A stretch of DNA of 64,000 bases, from positions 27,590,001-27,654,000 of the forward strand of contig OZ024755.1 of assembly GCA_964016885.1 (NCBI GenBank), read 5' to 3'. Below are positions 1-11,321 of the stretch, in pieces. Under the pieces are notes generated by a model, which saw only the letters and a list, made by a program, of their open reading frames with translations, was not told the origin of the DNA and made no database searches. This DNA comes from Eledone cirrhosa. Its lineage: Eukaryota. A program made the position numbers and the translations under genes. Numbering within the stretch: the first letter of the stretch is position 1; every line of letters begins with the position of its first letter.

Positions 1-872
1 CTTGTGCCAAAAGTAGAAAATAATGATATTAATAATAAAATACTTTTGCCTCAACAAATATATACTTTTAAAAGAAGGAAAAAGGAAAAAAATCAAAAAC
101 AACATAGGAGAAAATGGAGAGGCACAGTTTGTTTGTATGACAAAATGATGTCTATTTACTTACAAATATCTATAAGAATATATATTTTGGTGAAAAGAGA
201 AATATTACTCAAGACAGTTGACTTAACTGTTAGAGTATATGAAATCTTGTTTGTTCTTAGATAATTCTAGTATATTCAAAATTACAATAAGTTACTGCAT
301 GTAGCTACTTCTTGAGCTCTTTACTTTGTCCCCCATGTGTTAAACCTATTACATGGCCGACAAATCATACATATGTTGAAAATACTAAGTCTTCTACTTG
401 ATGCATACATGAATTTCAATTTGAATATCAAAATGAAACCTTTAACATATAAAAGAAAAAAAATTATTTATTTATCATCATTTTGATTAAAATATATATT
501 TAAACTTCACAATCTAAGAATAACAACATATTTAAAAAAAAAATTACAGGTCTTGAAATAGTGTCTTAATGTCAATCTTTTCCCTATTATAAACAAAACT
601 AGAGTGATAAGGAAAGGGTTGATATTTTTTTTAAATATGAACGATATTACCAGATTTATTTAGGAACCAGTTGTTTAAGCATGCACTTCTTCCAGCACTT
701 TAAATTTCTTTATACCCTTTGTTTGATTTTACTTCTTTCATTTTTTTTTAAAAGTATGAATATGGGATTTTCTATGGAGACTAAATCTAAAACCATTTAA
801 AATAAAAGAAATTTGTTTTATACAAATTCACTTCCATTAATACAATACAAATAATAATAATATAAATAATAA

Positions 873-1068
873 TGGTTTCTTATATAGGCACAAGGCCAGC
901 AATTTGGGGGGATGGGAAAGTCGATTAAATCGACCCCAGTACTGGTACTTTATTTTATCGACCCCGTAAGGATGAAAGGCTAAGTTAACCTCGGCGGGAT
1001 TCGAACTTAGTAACTATGCTGCAAAGCATGGCGTCCGACCCTCTACCGATACTGCTAATCCACCACCC
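873..1068 (-). mobile_element. tRNA-derived SINE family A with (TTA)n flank, in the probable 3' UTR
   Basis: B-box-like gttcgaatcc; body gaggttaacttagcctttcatccttacggggtcgataaaataaagtaccagt; tail ccttgtgcc. The same family recurs more than 10 times in the window. Confidence 0.85.
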
Positions 1069-1115
<47 letters not shown>

Positions 1116-1521
1116 TAACAAAATATTATGTAATCACACATAGTATCCTTTTGGTCAGACAGAAGCCAATAAACATAAAAGAATGGTGAGGAAGAGGAGA
1201 AAGAAAATTTTTGGTAAAAACACAGATTAATTTCAAGACATCACTTTTGTTAATTTGTTGACAAGGGCACTAGTTTATAATATATAGTCACTTCAATACT
1301 ATGTAGCATTTAGTGTAGTGAGAAGGTAGGTTTAGAAGAAAAGTCTCTTGTTCCATACCATCAACATACTAGTGCATATGCTTATCTGCAATACCGTTTT
1401 CTGTTCAGAAAAAGACTCCAGCAAATTGGTTGCCATATCAGTAGATATTTTCAATGTTTGTCATACCAGAATGAAGAGTGACTGAAGTGACAACAAAGCT
1501 GCTGGACTGGAAGGCAGGCTG

Positions 1522-1671
1522 TTAATGGTTGTGACGGCCACGATTATTTTTAGTATTATCTTTCACCTGGTTTGGTCTTCTTGTAATAGTGAAAATATAG
1601 ATGTTTAAATATCTGCTTATTTGCAGGCAGACTTGTCTGGCAAAATACAACAGGTTGCACGTGCAGTAAAT
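1522..1671 (-). CDS. CEPT1: CEPT1/CHPT1-like terminal coding exon 8 (150 nt including TAA)
   Basis: Acceptor tttttgtag|. Encodes IYCTCNLLYFARQVCLQISRYLNIYIFTITRRPNQVKDNTKNNRGRHNH*, with the conserved VCxQIxxxLxIxxF. Stop at 1524-1522. Confidence 0.92.
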   Translation of the reverse strand: MYCTCNLLYFARQVCLQISRYLNIYIFTITRRPNQVKDNTKNNRGRHNH

Positions 1672-2132
1672 CTACAAAAAAATAAAAATAAAACAATTTT
1701 CTGAATAATGAAGAAAGAATAAAAAACCCAGTATGTTATAAATATCAAAATGCATATTAAATAAACACCCAACATAAGCCCTTTATATTCTAACCTCTTC
1801 TTACATTTAAAATTACTTGTCATTAATTTTTTTTAATGAAGATTGTAATACAAATAGCTGTATAGATATATCACAAAACTAAAGATGTGGGTTCGACTTT
1901 CATGTACGTCAATACTCATCTTTTTCCATTTTTTAGAGGGTTTTAAACCCCGCTATCAGGCTAAAGTTTCTATTTCTACTAAATTTCAAACTTCGCTCAC
2001 TGTTTCAAAACAAACCTACTTGTAATTAATAATAGATTTTATTTACTGTTCTTTTACAGACAAGTTTTATCATGTATCACCATATATTAAAAACACAAGT
2101 TTGTACATAATTCACATGAGCTTTTACTTTCC

Positions 2133-2348
2133 TTAACCCTTTATCATTCACAATACTCTATATATACTGTTGCATTTTCATGGTAACGGCGTTATCTCAC
2201 ATAATATCAAATCTATGAGATTTTGATATTATTTATTTTGAGAACAATACCTTAATGTTGGTATGAGCAGCTGGTTACGACTGGTTTGAACAGAAAGAGA
2301 TGAGAGAATTCTGGCTGGATATGGCTGGTTTAAATGCTAAAGGGTTAA
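2133..2348 (-). mobile_element. TTAA-specific (piggyBac-like) MITE, about 215 bp
   Basis: TTAA|CCCTTTA(G/T)CATT...AATGCTAAAGGG|TTAA terminal inverted repeats. Confidence 0.85.
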
Positions 2349-3714
2349 AAATGATATTGTCCTCACTAATGTGACTAAAGGTTTTATGTTTATAATCTCT
2401 GAGTCAATGTTCCAGAAACAAATTGGTTGGTTCCAGTTAGAAGTCTAATTAAACAAACTAAACAACAGAAAGAAAGCAAGGCAGACAATATAAACATTCA
2501 TCATCATTATTGATTGGTCGGGTGACCATGTCTCGCTCGTATAAGACTGTCTGGCAGGTTTTCTACGGCTGGATACCCTTCCTAACACCAACCACGTTTA
2601 CAGTGTGGACTGGGAGGTTTTTACCGTGTTACCTACATGGCCACATTACAGCGTGGACTGTGTTTTTTTTGTCATGACACCTATACGACCTCATTTATTT
2701 AGGACTGGATGTTGTGGTACCAACATAACATTACAGAAAAGGGGTGGGGGAGTTGGGGTAGTGGGAGGGGTGTGTGTGTATTTGATTAAGAGGTGCCTAC
2801 TGACTGTAGGTTTCGCTTTGTACTTAGGCAAGACGGGTTTTCTGTATTACTGCGTAGCACCAAAGATCTTGGTCCAGTGACATTGTCTTAGAGAGGTGTA
2901 AGTGTGTAAGGTTGGAATTTATCAAACATTAGTGTAAGAAATACAATGTACTGCTTGTATACTGTAGTTTGTCTCAATCAGTACAATTTATATTTCAGAA
3001 GTGAGTAGTTAGCAGAAGCAAAGACATAAAAGCACATGATTTTATGGAAAGATAGATATAAGATTAATAAAACTTACAATTAGATTATTTGGAAGTAAGA
3101 CACCATTTATATTATAATAGAAAGTAAATACAAAATCTTGTATGAAGGCCTAGGGGAAATAATTTAACTTGCCATGGAGGTTTAAATTTAAATTCAAAAA
3201 GGAGGAAAGAAAATGTCTTCAAAGAGCAGTAACAAACTGAAAATTGTAAATTAAGGCTCAGACCCTCTTCACTAAAACTCTCAGTAAACATTATTGAAAT
3301 TCAGCTTTAACAAATATATAAAAGAAATATATGTACAGTACAAGCCAAGAAGAAGTCTCCACATAAGACATTGAAGCTGCTAGAAACTGCAGCCAAATAG
3401 CCCTCAAATCACATTCTACTACCTTAAGAAAGGAAGAATTTATTGGATGAAAATAAAACAAGATATTAACGACTCCCATATCATTGATCACAGCTGTGCT
3501 TGATAAGGACTGACCTGGGATTAGACTGTAACACATCTACAATCATATATTTTATTTACTGATAAACAACACAACTAAAAATCTTTACAAACTCACTACA
3601 AATGACAGACTTCATAATATCTGAGAACTCTTCACATCAAAACACAACTAACACTGCATTACGAAGAAAAGACCTCTTATTCATAGCTGTACACACAAAC
3701 AAGTTAATACTTAC

Positions 3715-3840
3715 ACAAAATATCCATAATACGAAGACTTCATTTAGTTGACAGTCAAAATATTGGTTCAAGCATACAAGCAATGGCCCTAACAATGTGT
3801 AATCAAGCAAATCCATCTCACTGCGTGTCATATGTGCAAT
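3715..3840 (-). CDS. CEPT1: CEPT1/CHPT1-like exon 7 (126 nt)
   Basis: Acceptor tttccag|, donor |gtaagt. Encodes IAHMTRSEMDLLDYTLLGPLLVCLNQYFDCQLNEVFVLWIFC, with the conserved AHMTxSE. Confidence 0.96.
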
Positions 3841-6040
3841 CTGGAAATAGAGAAAACAATTTTATATATATTACATTTACACACACTGTAAATGTGGTTG
3901 GTGTTAGGAAGGGCATCTAGTCGTAGAAACCAAGCCAAAATCAGTTCTGTGTGAGCGAATCATGGTCCCCCAACCTGATCCCTCACAAAGGGACAGCCTG
4001 TCCTACCCATGCTAACGTTAAGATGGACGTTAAACGATGATGATGATGATGACGATAATAGGGAACTTTGGTTGCCAGTGTGCACTCATATGCTAATTTA
4101 CACACACATAAAAATATATGTATGTGTATCATCATCATTTTTACATTCTTGCATGGGTTGGACAGGTCCTCTTCAGCCCAGCATCTCTCCACTCACTGTG
4201 TTCCTTCGCCATCTCTGTGAGTCTAAGCATTTTGAGATCAGCTCTCACCACCTCTGGCCAGGTCTTCCTTGGTCTACCTCTACTGAGACTTCTTCACCCA
4301 GCAATCATCAGAAATATATATAAATGCGCGCGCGTGTGTGGGCCAAAGGTATGATAACCTTCCTAGTGCTGGTACCATGAAAATCCACTCAAGGCACCCT
4401 GGAGAGAGAGAGAGAGAGTGTAGTAATGTATGTAAACAAGATGCAGCTCCCAGCCCATGAGAGAGGACAGTATCTCCAATTATGTACTGATTGGGTCTGA
4501 TAAGCTGGCTAACCCTTGATAGCAGGCAGAATGTCTACATGATGATGATGATGTCATCACCATCATCATATGCCCATTTTCCATGTTGCCATGTACTGGA
4601 CAGGTCTCACAGCATCTTATCATGTGCCAGAGCACTCCATCATCAGGCACACACATAAACAGAAATACCTCCACGTCTGTTTTGTGTAAGTCATTTTATT
4701 TTTGACATTATTTTTACAGCTGATACCCTTCCTATCACAAACCACTTTGCAACATGGGTTGAGTACATTTTAACGTACCACTAGCGCTATAAAAATTGTC
4801 TGCAGTAAGACAAATGAATAACATCAACACTGCATCTGTTTTATTCAGAGTTACTCCCACTTAGATTGGTTGCCTTCTCTGCAACTTACAGAGTCCATGT
4901 GTTCTACCATGTAATTAGAGCAGGAGGGTGAGATTGTTCATAGTACTCAACTTTCTGATAAGTCACTTTCACTATGGTTACATCCATGATATGTGGGTTG
5001 TCCTAGGGATCTACCAGCTACTGTTCAAGTTCACTGTGAATAAAAGTTGTCTCCATGAATGGTAGAGTGGTTTTAGTTTTAGTTACCAGGGGAGACCATC
5101 ATTATTTGATATCCATTTTCCCTGCTAGGATGGACTCAGACCAAGTCAGTAGTTAATTGGAGCCATTGATCTTGCACTCTACAGAGGACACAGTGCAGTT
5201 TATCATGGCACCAACAATAGGGGGTTCATTATGTCTTTGGCACATTTCCTGCAACAGGATGCCATTCCTATCACCAACCACATTACTGAGTGTAACTGGA
5301 TTTGTTTTATTGTGTCTCCAACACTAGAGAGGTTGTCATGTCCTTGACACAACTGAAGAGTCCTCGCCATCCTTTTTTGGTATGGTTTCTACTGTTGGAT
5401 ACTCTTCTTATCACCAACTGCCTTACAGATTTTACTGAGTACATTTTTCATACACCTATACTAGAGAGATTGTCATTTCCTGACTGGTCTATGCTATGTA
5501 GGTTGAGGGAGAAATATAACATTTATAGTCTGTGGCTGTCACCATCAGACGGTAAGAGGAAAGAAAGGGCATTTGGATACCAAGGGAACTTAATGAGATA
5601 GATCAATGGTAATTGGTACTCATGTGTTTATATTGGCAGAAATGGAGAGAAGGAGGGAATAAATATGAAAGCAAATGTTTATGCCAGACCTTTGCAGATA
5701 TTTGATAATTCTACATAGTTTTACATTGGTTTGAAACAAGAACAATAATCTTTTGGCACTATTATATCAACATAACAATTCAACCAGTATATTCCACAAC
5801 TGGTTTTAGGTACCACTGTAGTCTCAGAAGTGACATATTTAGAATAAAATTGAACTTTATTACAAACCACATGGTTTCAATATAACCATAGGATTATGCC
5901 AATAAGCAGTCACTATCTACTAGAAATAGTAGCCAAATTAAATTCCATCAACTCACCAACAGGCATCTTATAAATGATAGGATGGTTGACCTGATGTTAA
6001 ACAGCAACAACAACAAGAACTATGAAATATATCTCCAGGA

Positions 6041-6219
6041 CAGGCATGTCAAACTGAGGGTCCCCCGAGGGCCTCATGGACCACACACGACAACAAATTG
6101 TGCACATTACAACTAATTTTTAAAATTTTATATTACGAAAATAAAACATGCTTGTGCTGTAAAAACCTTTGTGCGGGCCACAGTTGTTCTTGTAAAGGGC
6201 CGCATGTTTGACATGCCTG
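6041..6219 (+). mobile_element. hAT-type MITE
   Basis: TIR CAGGCATGTCAAAC...GTTTGACATGCCTG. 8-bp TSD ctccagga/ctctagga. Confidence 0.85.
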
Positions 6220-6318
6220 CTCTAGGATGTAAACAATTAAGTTATAAGTTCAAATGAATATAAAACTCTTTTCAGTAATGATTCAATTCCACTCAACGTT
6301 ACACTGTAGCATACTTAC

Positions 6319-6477
6319 CACTAGTTTGTTTGTTATTTTTGCTGATGCCATGCCAAAACTGATCACATACAAACACGGGTGATTCATATATACATGTGTT
6401 GGAGATTTGTGGTATATTACTAATGCAAAAAACATTATTATAGAAATTGGCAAAATAGGAAATATAGTGCTTGTGCC
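6319..6477 (-). CDS. CEPT1: CEPT1/CHPT1-like exon 6 (159 nt)
   Basis: Acceptor ttttacag|, donor |gtaagt. Encodes GTSTIFPILPISIIMFFALVIYHKSPTHVYMNHPCLYVISFGMASAKITNKLV. Confidence 0.96.
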
Positions 6478-6500
6478 CTGTAAAATAGACAAAATAAGAC

Positions 6501-6810
6501 ATAATTAGTTACTTTAAAAATTTAAGGTTGATCATAATTAAGTTATAATTAGTTACTTTAAAAATTTAAGGTTGATCATAATTAAGTTATAATTAGTTAC
6601 TTTAAAAATTTAAGGTTGATCATAATTAAGTTATAATTAGTTACTTTAAAAATTTAAGGTTGATCATAATTAAGTTATAATTAGTTACTTTAAAAATTTA
6701 AGGTTGATCATAATTAAGTTATAATTAGTTACTTTAAAAATTTAAGGTTGATCATAATTAAGTTATAATTAGTTACTTTAAAAATTTAAGGTTGATCATA
6801 ATTAAGTTAT
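6501..6810. repeat. 44-bp perfect tandem repeat x7
   Basis: ataattagttactttaaaaatttaaggttgatcataattaagtt starting at 6501, 6545, 6589, 6633, 6677, 6721 and 6765. Confidence 0.97.
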
Positions 6811-7464
6811 CTGAACCAAATATATTAATCAAAAAGAAATTAAAACTACTACTTTGACGCTAAACTCCGCTAGTTGCAGACTGCACATCTACATGAGATA
6901 TTTTTCTCCACAAGTTCGATCACCAACAGCAGAGTTCAAAGAGCAAAAATCAAGTCCAGTCCATAGGTTGACATTATCAAGCCATCGTTTTGGCTGCCAA
7001 CCTCTGCTTCTCTTACCAGCCAAAACCTAATCACACCACAAGTTGATCTTTTTATATGACCGTATAGTTTGAGTACTCTTGACTTGACAATTCATGTGTG
7101 TATGTATGCGTGCATATATGTATACATATATGTATATACCGCAAAGGTTAAAGTATCAAGTTAACCTGGTGCAGGATAGCCTCTCTTAATGAGGGTGGGT
7201 GGAGTCTCTTTGAGTCTTGATTGACAGCCCACCTAGAGATGGTGTCACAATAAAAACACTGGTTTTTGTGTTACCTTACGAACGCTCTCTTCCAATGCCT
7301 TGAGCCAGCATGGAAGAGTAGGTTCATAAAATTAACATGAAAAAAAAAATTAACAAATTAAAATCTATAAAACACCAACTAATTATGTTTATTACAATAG
7401 TTATATTCATATAACGTTTATAATGAACATAATTCCAAATACAATCCCAATAACATATTAAAAT

Positions 7465-7730
7465 TGCATTCGTGAGTGAATAATGATAATATCATAATAT
7501 TTTTAATATGATATTATTTGCAAGCAAACAGCCTCATAATGCCAGGTTTTCTAGACGACTAACGTCATCCTTTTGTTCCAGCAGTTTTTCTCTCAGCTAC
7601 CGTTGGAACAAAAGGATGATGTTAGTTGTCTAGAAAACCTGGTGTTATGAGGCTGTTTGCTTGCAAATGAATAGAATATTAATATTATTATTATTATTAT
7701 TATATTATTGTTATTCACTCATGAATGCAT
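7465..7730. repeat. Long fold-back inverted repeat (probable MITE relic) in intron 5
   Basis: atttgcaagcaaacagcctcataat...ttgttcca pairs with tggaacaaaagg...gcttgcaaat around a loop of about 22 nt. Outer arms are gcattcgtgagtgaataa / ttattcactcatgaatgc. Confidence 0.9.
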
Positions 7731-7914
7731 TTTGTAGGTGTCATGACTAAAAGCACCCAGCACACACTGTAAACGTGGTTGGTGTTAGGAAGGGCATCCA
7801 GCCATAGAAAACCAGCCAGAAACAGTCCTATATGAGCGAGAAACGGTCACCCGACCCAACTTGCCTCTAAATGGGACAAACCCGTCTAAACCATGTTAGT
7901 GTGGAAGACAGACC

Positions 7915-8132
7915 TTAACCCTTTAATGTTCAAACCGGCCAAAATTCTCTACCTCTTTCTGTTGAAACTGGCTGTAACTGGTCGCTCAAACTGATGTTAA
8001 GGTATTGTTCTCAAAATAAATACTTTCAAAATCTCATAGATTCAATATTATGTGAGATAATTATGCGAGGTAAAGCCTTTACCATGAAAATATAATAGTA
8101 TATATAGAGTAATGTGAATACTAAAGGGTTAA
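7915..8132 (+). mobile_element. TTAA MITE inserted into the tail of an RTE 3' end (7740-8146)
   Basis: TTAA duplication. The LINE tail ggaagacagacc|ttaa resumes as atgatgatgat after the MITE. Confidence 0.8.
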
Positions 8133-8442
8133 ATGATGATGATGATTTTAAAAAAAATATTTTAAAGCGAACATGACCCAATGGTTTAGTAATATTACAA
8201 AGCTTACCACTAGCTATAACTATTTAAAAAATTATAGTTATCCAGACAATTAACCTCATCTTTATAGTAAATATTTGCAATATTCAAATTTACATAACAT
8301 TTCAAGTGATTCAAACATAGATTATTATTAGGTATCTTATTCCTGAATACTGTATATACACAATCCAAAACTGGATTAAAAGTAGGATCCTGTATTTCTG
8401 AACTAAAATAAGTAATCTCTTATCCACAAAGACACATAAATA

Positions 8443-8765
8443 TCTTTATCTTTATATATATAAAAGCGAGGATGTGTATGCGTCTGTGTACAACTTTGGA
8501 TATCTTAGGCTTTTACAATTACCAACCGAATTTGACCAAATTTTCTGTGCACGTTGCACATCACAAACATTTTTCCAGTCGGGCCACGTTGAGCAATAAA
8601 AAATCGATATCAAAATTATTGGTATCAAAATTGATGTAAGGGAGATAACCAACTTTATTGACAATCCTTATAAAGAGAGTGAAATATGGAGACCTCTTTT
8701 ACTTCCTAGACTGTATATTCTTAGCATAATTTCAAACCCCGAGCAACGCTGGGTAAATCTGCTAG
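8443..8765 (+). mobile_element. Non-autonomous Helitron
   Basis: 5' TC(tttatc)tatatataaaa; subterminal hairpin cccgagcaacgctggg; 3' CTAG|T; inserted between A and T. Confidence 0.75.
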
Positions 8766-8859
8766 TACACTCTAAAGATGATGCAGGCAATTCAGAAAAT
8801 CAAAATAACTTTACAATAACTAATCGAAAATATTTAGACATTTAATTATTGTTACTCAC

Positions 8860-8994
8860 AGCAACTGTTGACTGATTTTTACCAATGCCTCCTTTTATGA
8901 GTATCACAGAGAAATTTTGAAAGCATTGTAAAATAGCAGCAATTATTCCAAAGTAGACAGGAATTAGTTGGAAAGTTATGCCTAAAACAGGTAC
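8860..8994 (-). CDS. CEPT1: CEPT1/CHPT1-like exon 5 (135 nt)
   Basis: Acceptor tttcag|, donor |gtgagt. Encodes VPVLGITFQLIPVYFGIIAAILQCFQNFSVILIKGGIGKNQSTVA, with the conserved GGxGKNxSTxA. Confidence 0.95.
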
Positions 8995-9853
8995 CTGAAA
9001 TGAAAGTGTTTTAAAACAGACATTAGCTGAAGGTAACAGATTTCTTTACAAATAATCCTTTTTAGAATACAAATTAAAATAGTTAAGTCTATAATAGATA
9101 TCATCTTTTAGATTTTGCTCATAGATTCTGGCAATTGCCAGGCAATATTTTTGGCAATTTTTTCCTTCAAAGACACTGAAGAACACCAGCAATGAATTAT
9201 AGGACGAATATCAATATCAATAATAAAATAGTTATATTCTAAATATCTGTGAGGAATGTGAAAGCATCACTTGTAAGTAAAATGAGGCAGGCAAACAATG
9301 AATGAAAGCCCAAATTAGAAAATGGATTTTTATAAAATAAATCATCCCTAAACATCCCAGCATAAAAAATACTTTCTAAATTTCAAAGGAATTGATAATT
9401 TTTTTTCTTCTAATCAAATGAATATTTGTGCAAGAGACACTGTAGAGGTTAAAGATTTTTAAAAGTTGGAGTTGCTGTCAGGATAGCAAGCAACATTTCA
9501 GTCTGTAAGAAGAGTTATTTCTATCATACTAAAGAAATTTGATCAACAATTTAAACAGGGGGTTAGCTTTATGGGCTCCATTATAGGCTTCAAATTCATC
9601 ATGGGGCTCCTTTTCGAGACAATGTTTTACAGACAGATGCTCTTCCTGGTGTTAACCCTTTTAGTTGCCCCATACAACATACAAGGATTCTGTATACTTA
9701 AGAGGTGACTAAAAGAGACAATGGCCTTAAAATGCTTGTTGCATTTAATTCCTAATGTAATAACAAAAATGAAAAAAAAAATTACATTTCTACCAAAATA
9801 TTTTTCATTTATTGAATCATATAATAGTTACTCAGAAACTAAAGACTTCAAAC

Positions 9854-9938
9854 CTGTAATCGCCAAAAATCTGTTCCTACAAATGCGTTAAATATGTATA
9901 CAGCCATTACAATAAGTTGACCTTCAGTAACATCTATC
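9854..9938 (-). CDS. CEPT1: CEPT1/CHPT1-like exon 4 (85 nt)
   Basis: Acceptor ttttccag|, donor cag|gtttga. Encodes IDVTEGQLIVMAVYIFNAFVGTDFWRLQ, with the conserved DVTE. Confidence 0.94.
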
Positions 9939-10070
9939 CTGGAAAATATGAAAAGTAAAAAACAAAATTAAAGCAAGAAATTACAAAATAACCATATTTT
10001 TCATAATAAATTATATATGATATGATCTACATTATATAACTGATTTCCAGATATGACTGATATGTTAAAT

Positions 10071-10413
10071 GAGGCATGTCAAACTGAGGGTCCTCCTAGA
10101 GCCACATATGTGTTGTCTAAGGGCCACACATGACAACTAATTGCGCACATTACAAGCAAGTCTATCCAATCAATTTCTAAGTCTCTCATAGGGCTACTCT
10201 TTTGAATAATGGGCTTTTAAACTCGAAAATATTTTGGATCGTTAAATTTACTAATGTAAGATTCTTTTGTTATCTTGGCAATTTAACCTTCTCCATACAC
10301 ATTGTTTTGGTCTTCAAAATTTAAATTTATGATTTTTAAAATTTTATATTACGAAGATAAAACATGCTCGTACTGTAAAAACCTTTTGGTGGGCCGCATG
10401 TTTGACATACCTG
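10071..10413 (+). mobile_element. hAT-type MITE, longer member of the same family
   Basis: Same TIRs and a perfect 8-bp TSD, tgttaaat. Confidence 0.85.
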
Positions 10414-11179
10414 TGTTAAATGATACGAGATTAATTAAACAATCAACACACACTAATAACAGGGCACACAGCATTACTGAAACAGTAGAATCTAAAGAAA
10501 GTACTTACCTTCTACCTTTACAACTATGTGATCATCACTCTAATAAATCGCTCCCCTTGTAAGTGCTGCAATTATTTGTCTCTCAAGAAATAGTTCATCA
10601 CAGACAAGAAGATTACAGAATTTCACCCAGAAAATTACTGAAAGATAGTTCCAACAATTTAACCCTTTAGCATTTAAACCGGCCATATCCGGCCAGAATT
10701 CTCTCACCTTTTTCTGTCCAAACCGGCTGGAACTGGCCACTCATACTGATGTTAAAGTATTCATCTCAAAATAAATAATATCAAAATCACATCGATTTGA
10801 TATCATGTGAGGTAATTATGTAAGGTAAAGCTTTTAACGTGAAAATATAATAGTATATAGTTATTTATTAGTCATTTACTTTACACATTGAGTCCCAACC
10901 CATTTATTTTATAACATATGGGGTTTCTTGTAATGTTCTTTTTTTTTTGTCATGTATAATCTTTTTTAATGCCTAAAGAAAATTAATTATCACAGGAATG
11001 CTACCACTTAAAATAAAATTATGGCAGATATATTTAATAAGAGGGAAGTGGGGCTGGGGCTTAGGCTGAGCTGAAAAATGAACAGGTGGGGGTGGGCAAT
11101 TATTTGAGACCAGAGAGTACATAAAGTGAGTGAAAACATAAGAGAAGACACACAACTATAAATATTAAACCTTACTTAC

Positions 11180-11321
11180 ACTCCAAACCTGAGAGTGCCT
11201 GAGACATAGGACTGCCAATGTGCTGAATAAAAAAGGAACATAATAGCAAAGCAGTTAAAGAAGAACCAGTCGAGGTGATGACCAAGCTCAAGAGCTATGC
11301 AGATTCCTACTGTCACAAACA
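11180..11321 (-). CDS. CEPT1: CEPT1/CHPT1-like exon 3 (142 nt)
   Basis: Acceptor ttttcag|, donor |gtaagt. Encodes [47 protein letters not shown], with the conserved [13 protein letters not shown]. Frame joins exons 2 and 4. Confidence 0.96.

Noticed and set aside
1438-1570. Stop-codon readthrough, selenocysteine recoding (SELENOI-like), or an alternative donor CAG|GTGAAA in exon 8
   Set aside because: The stop is TAA, not TGA, and the motifs are of the CEPT1/CHPT1 type. I saw no SECIS and found no downstream coding exon.
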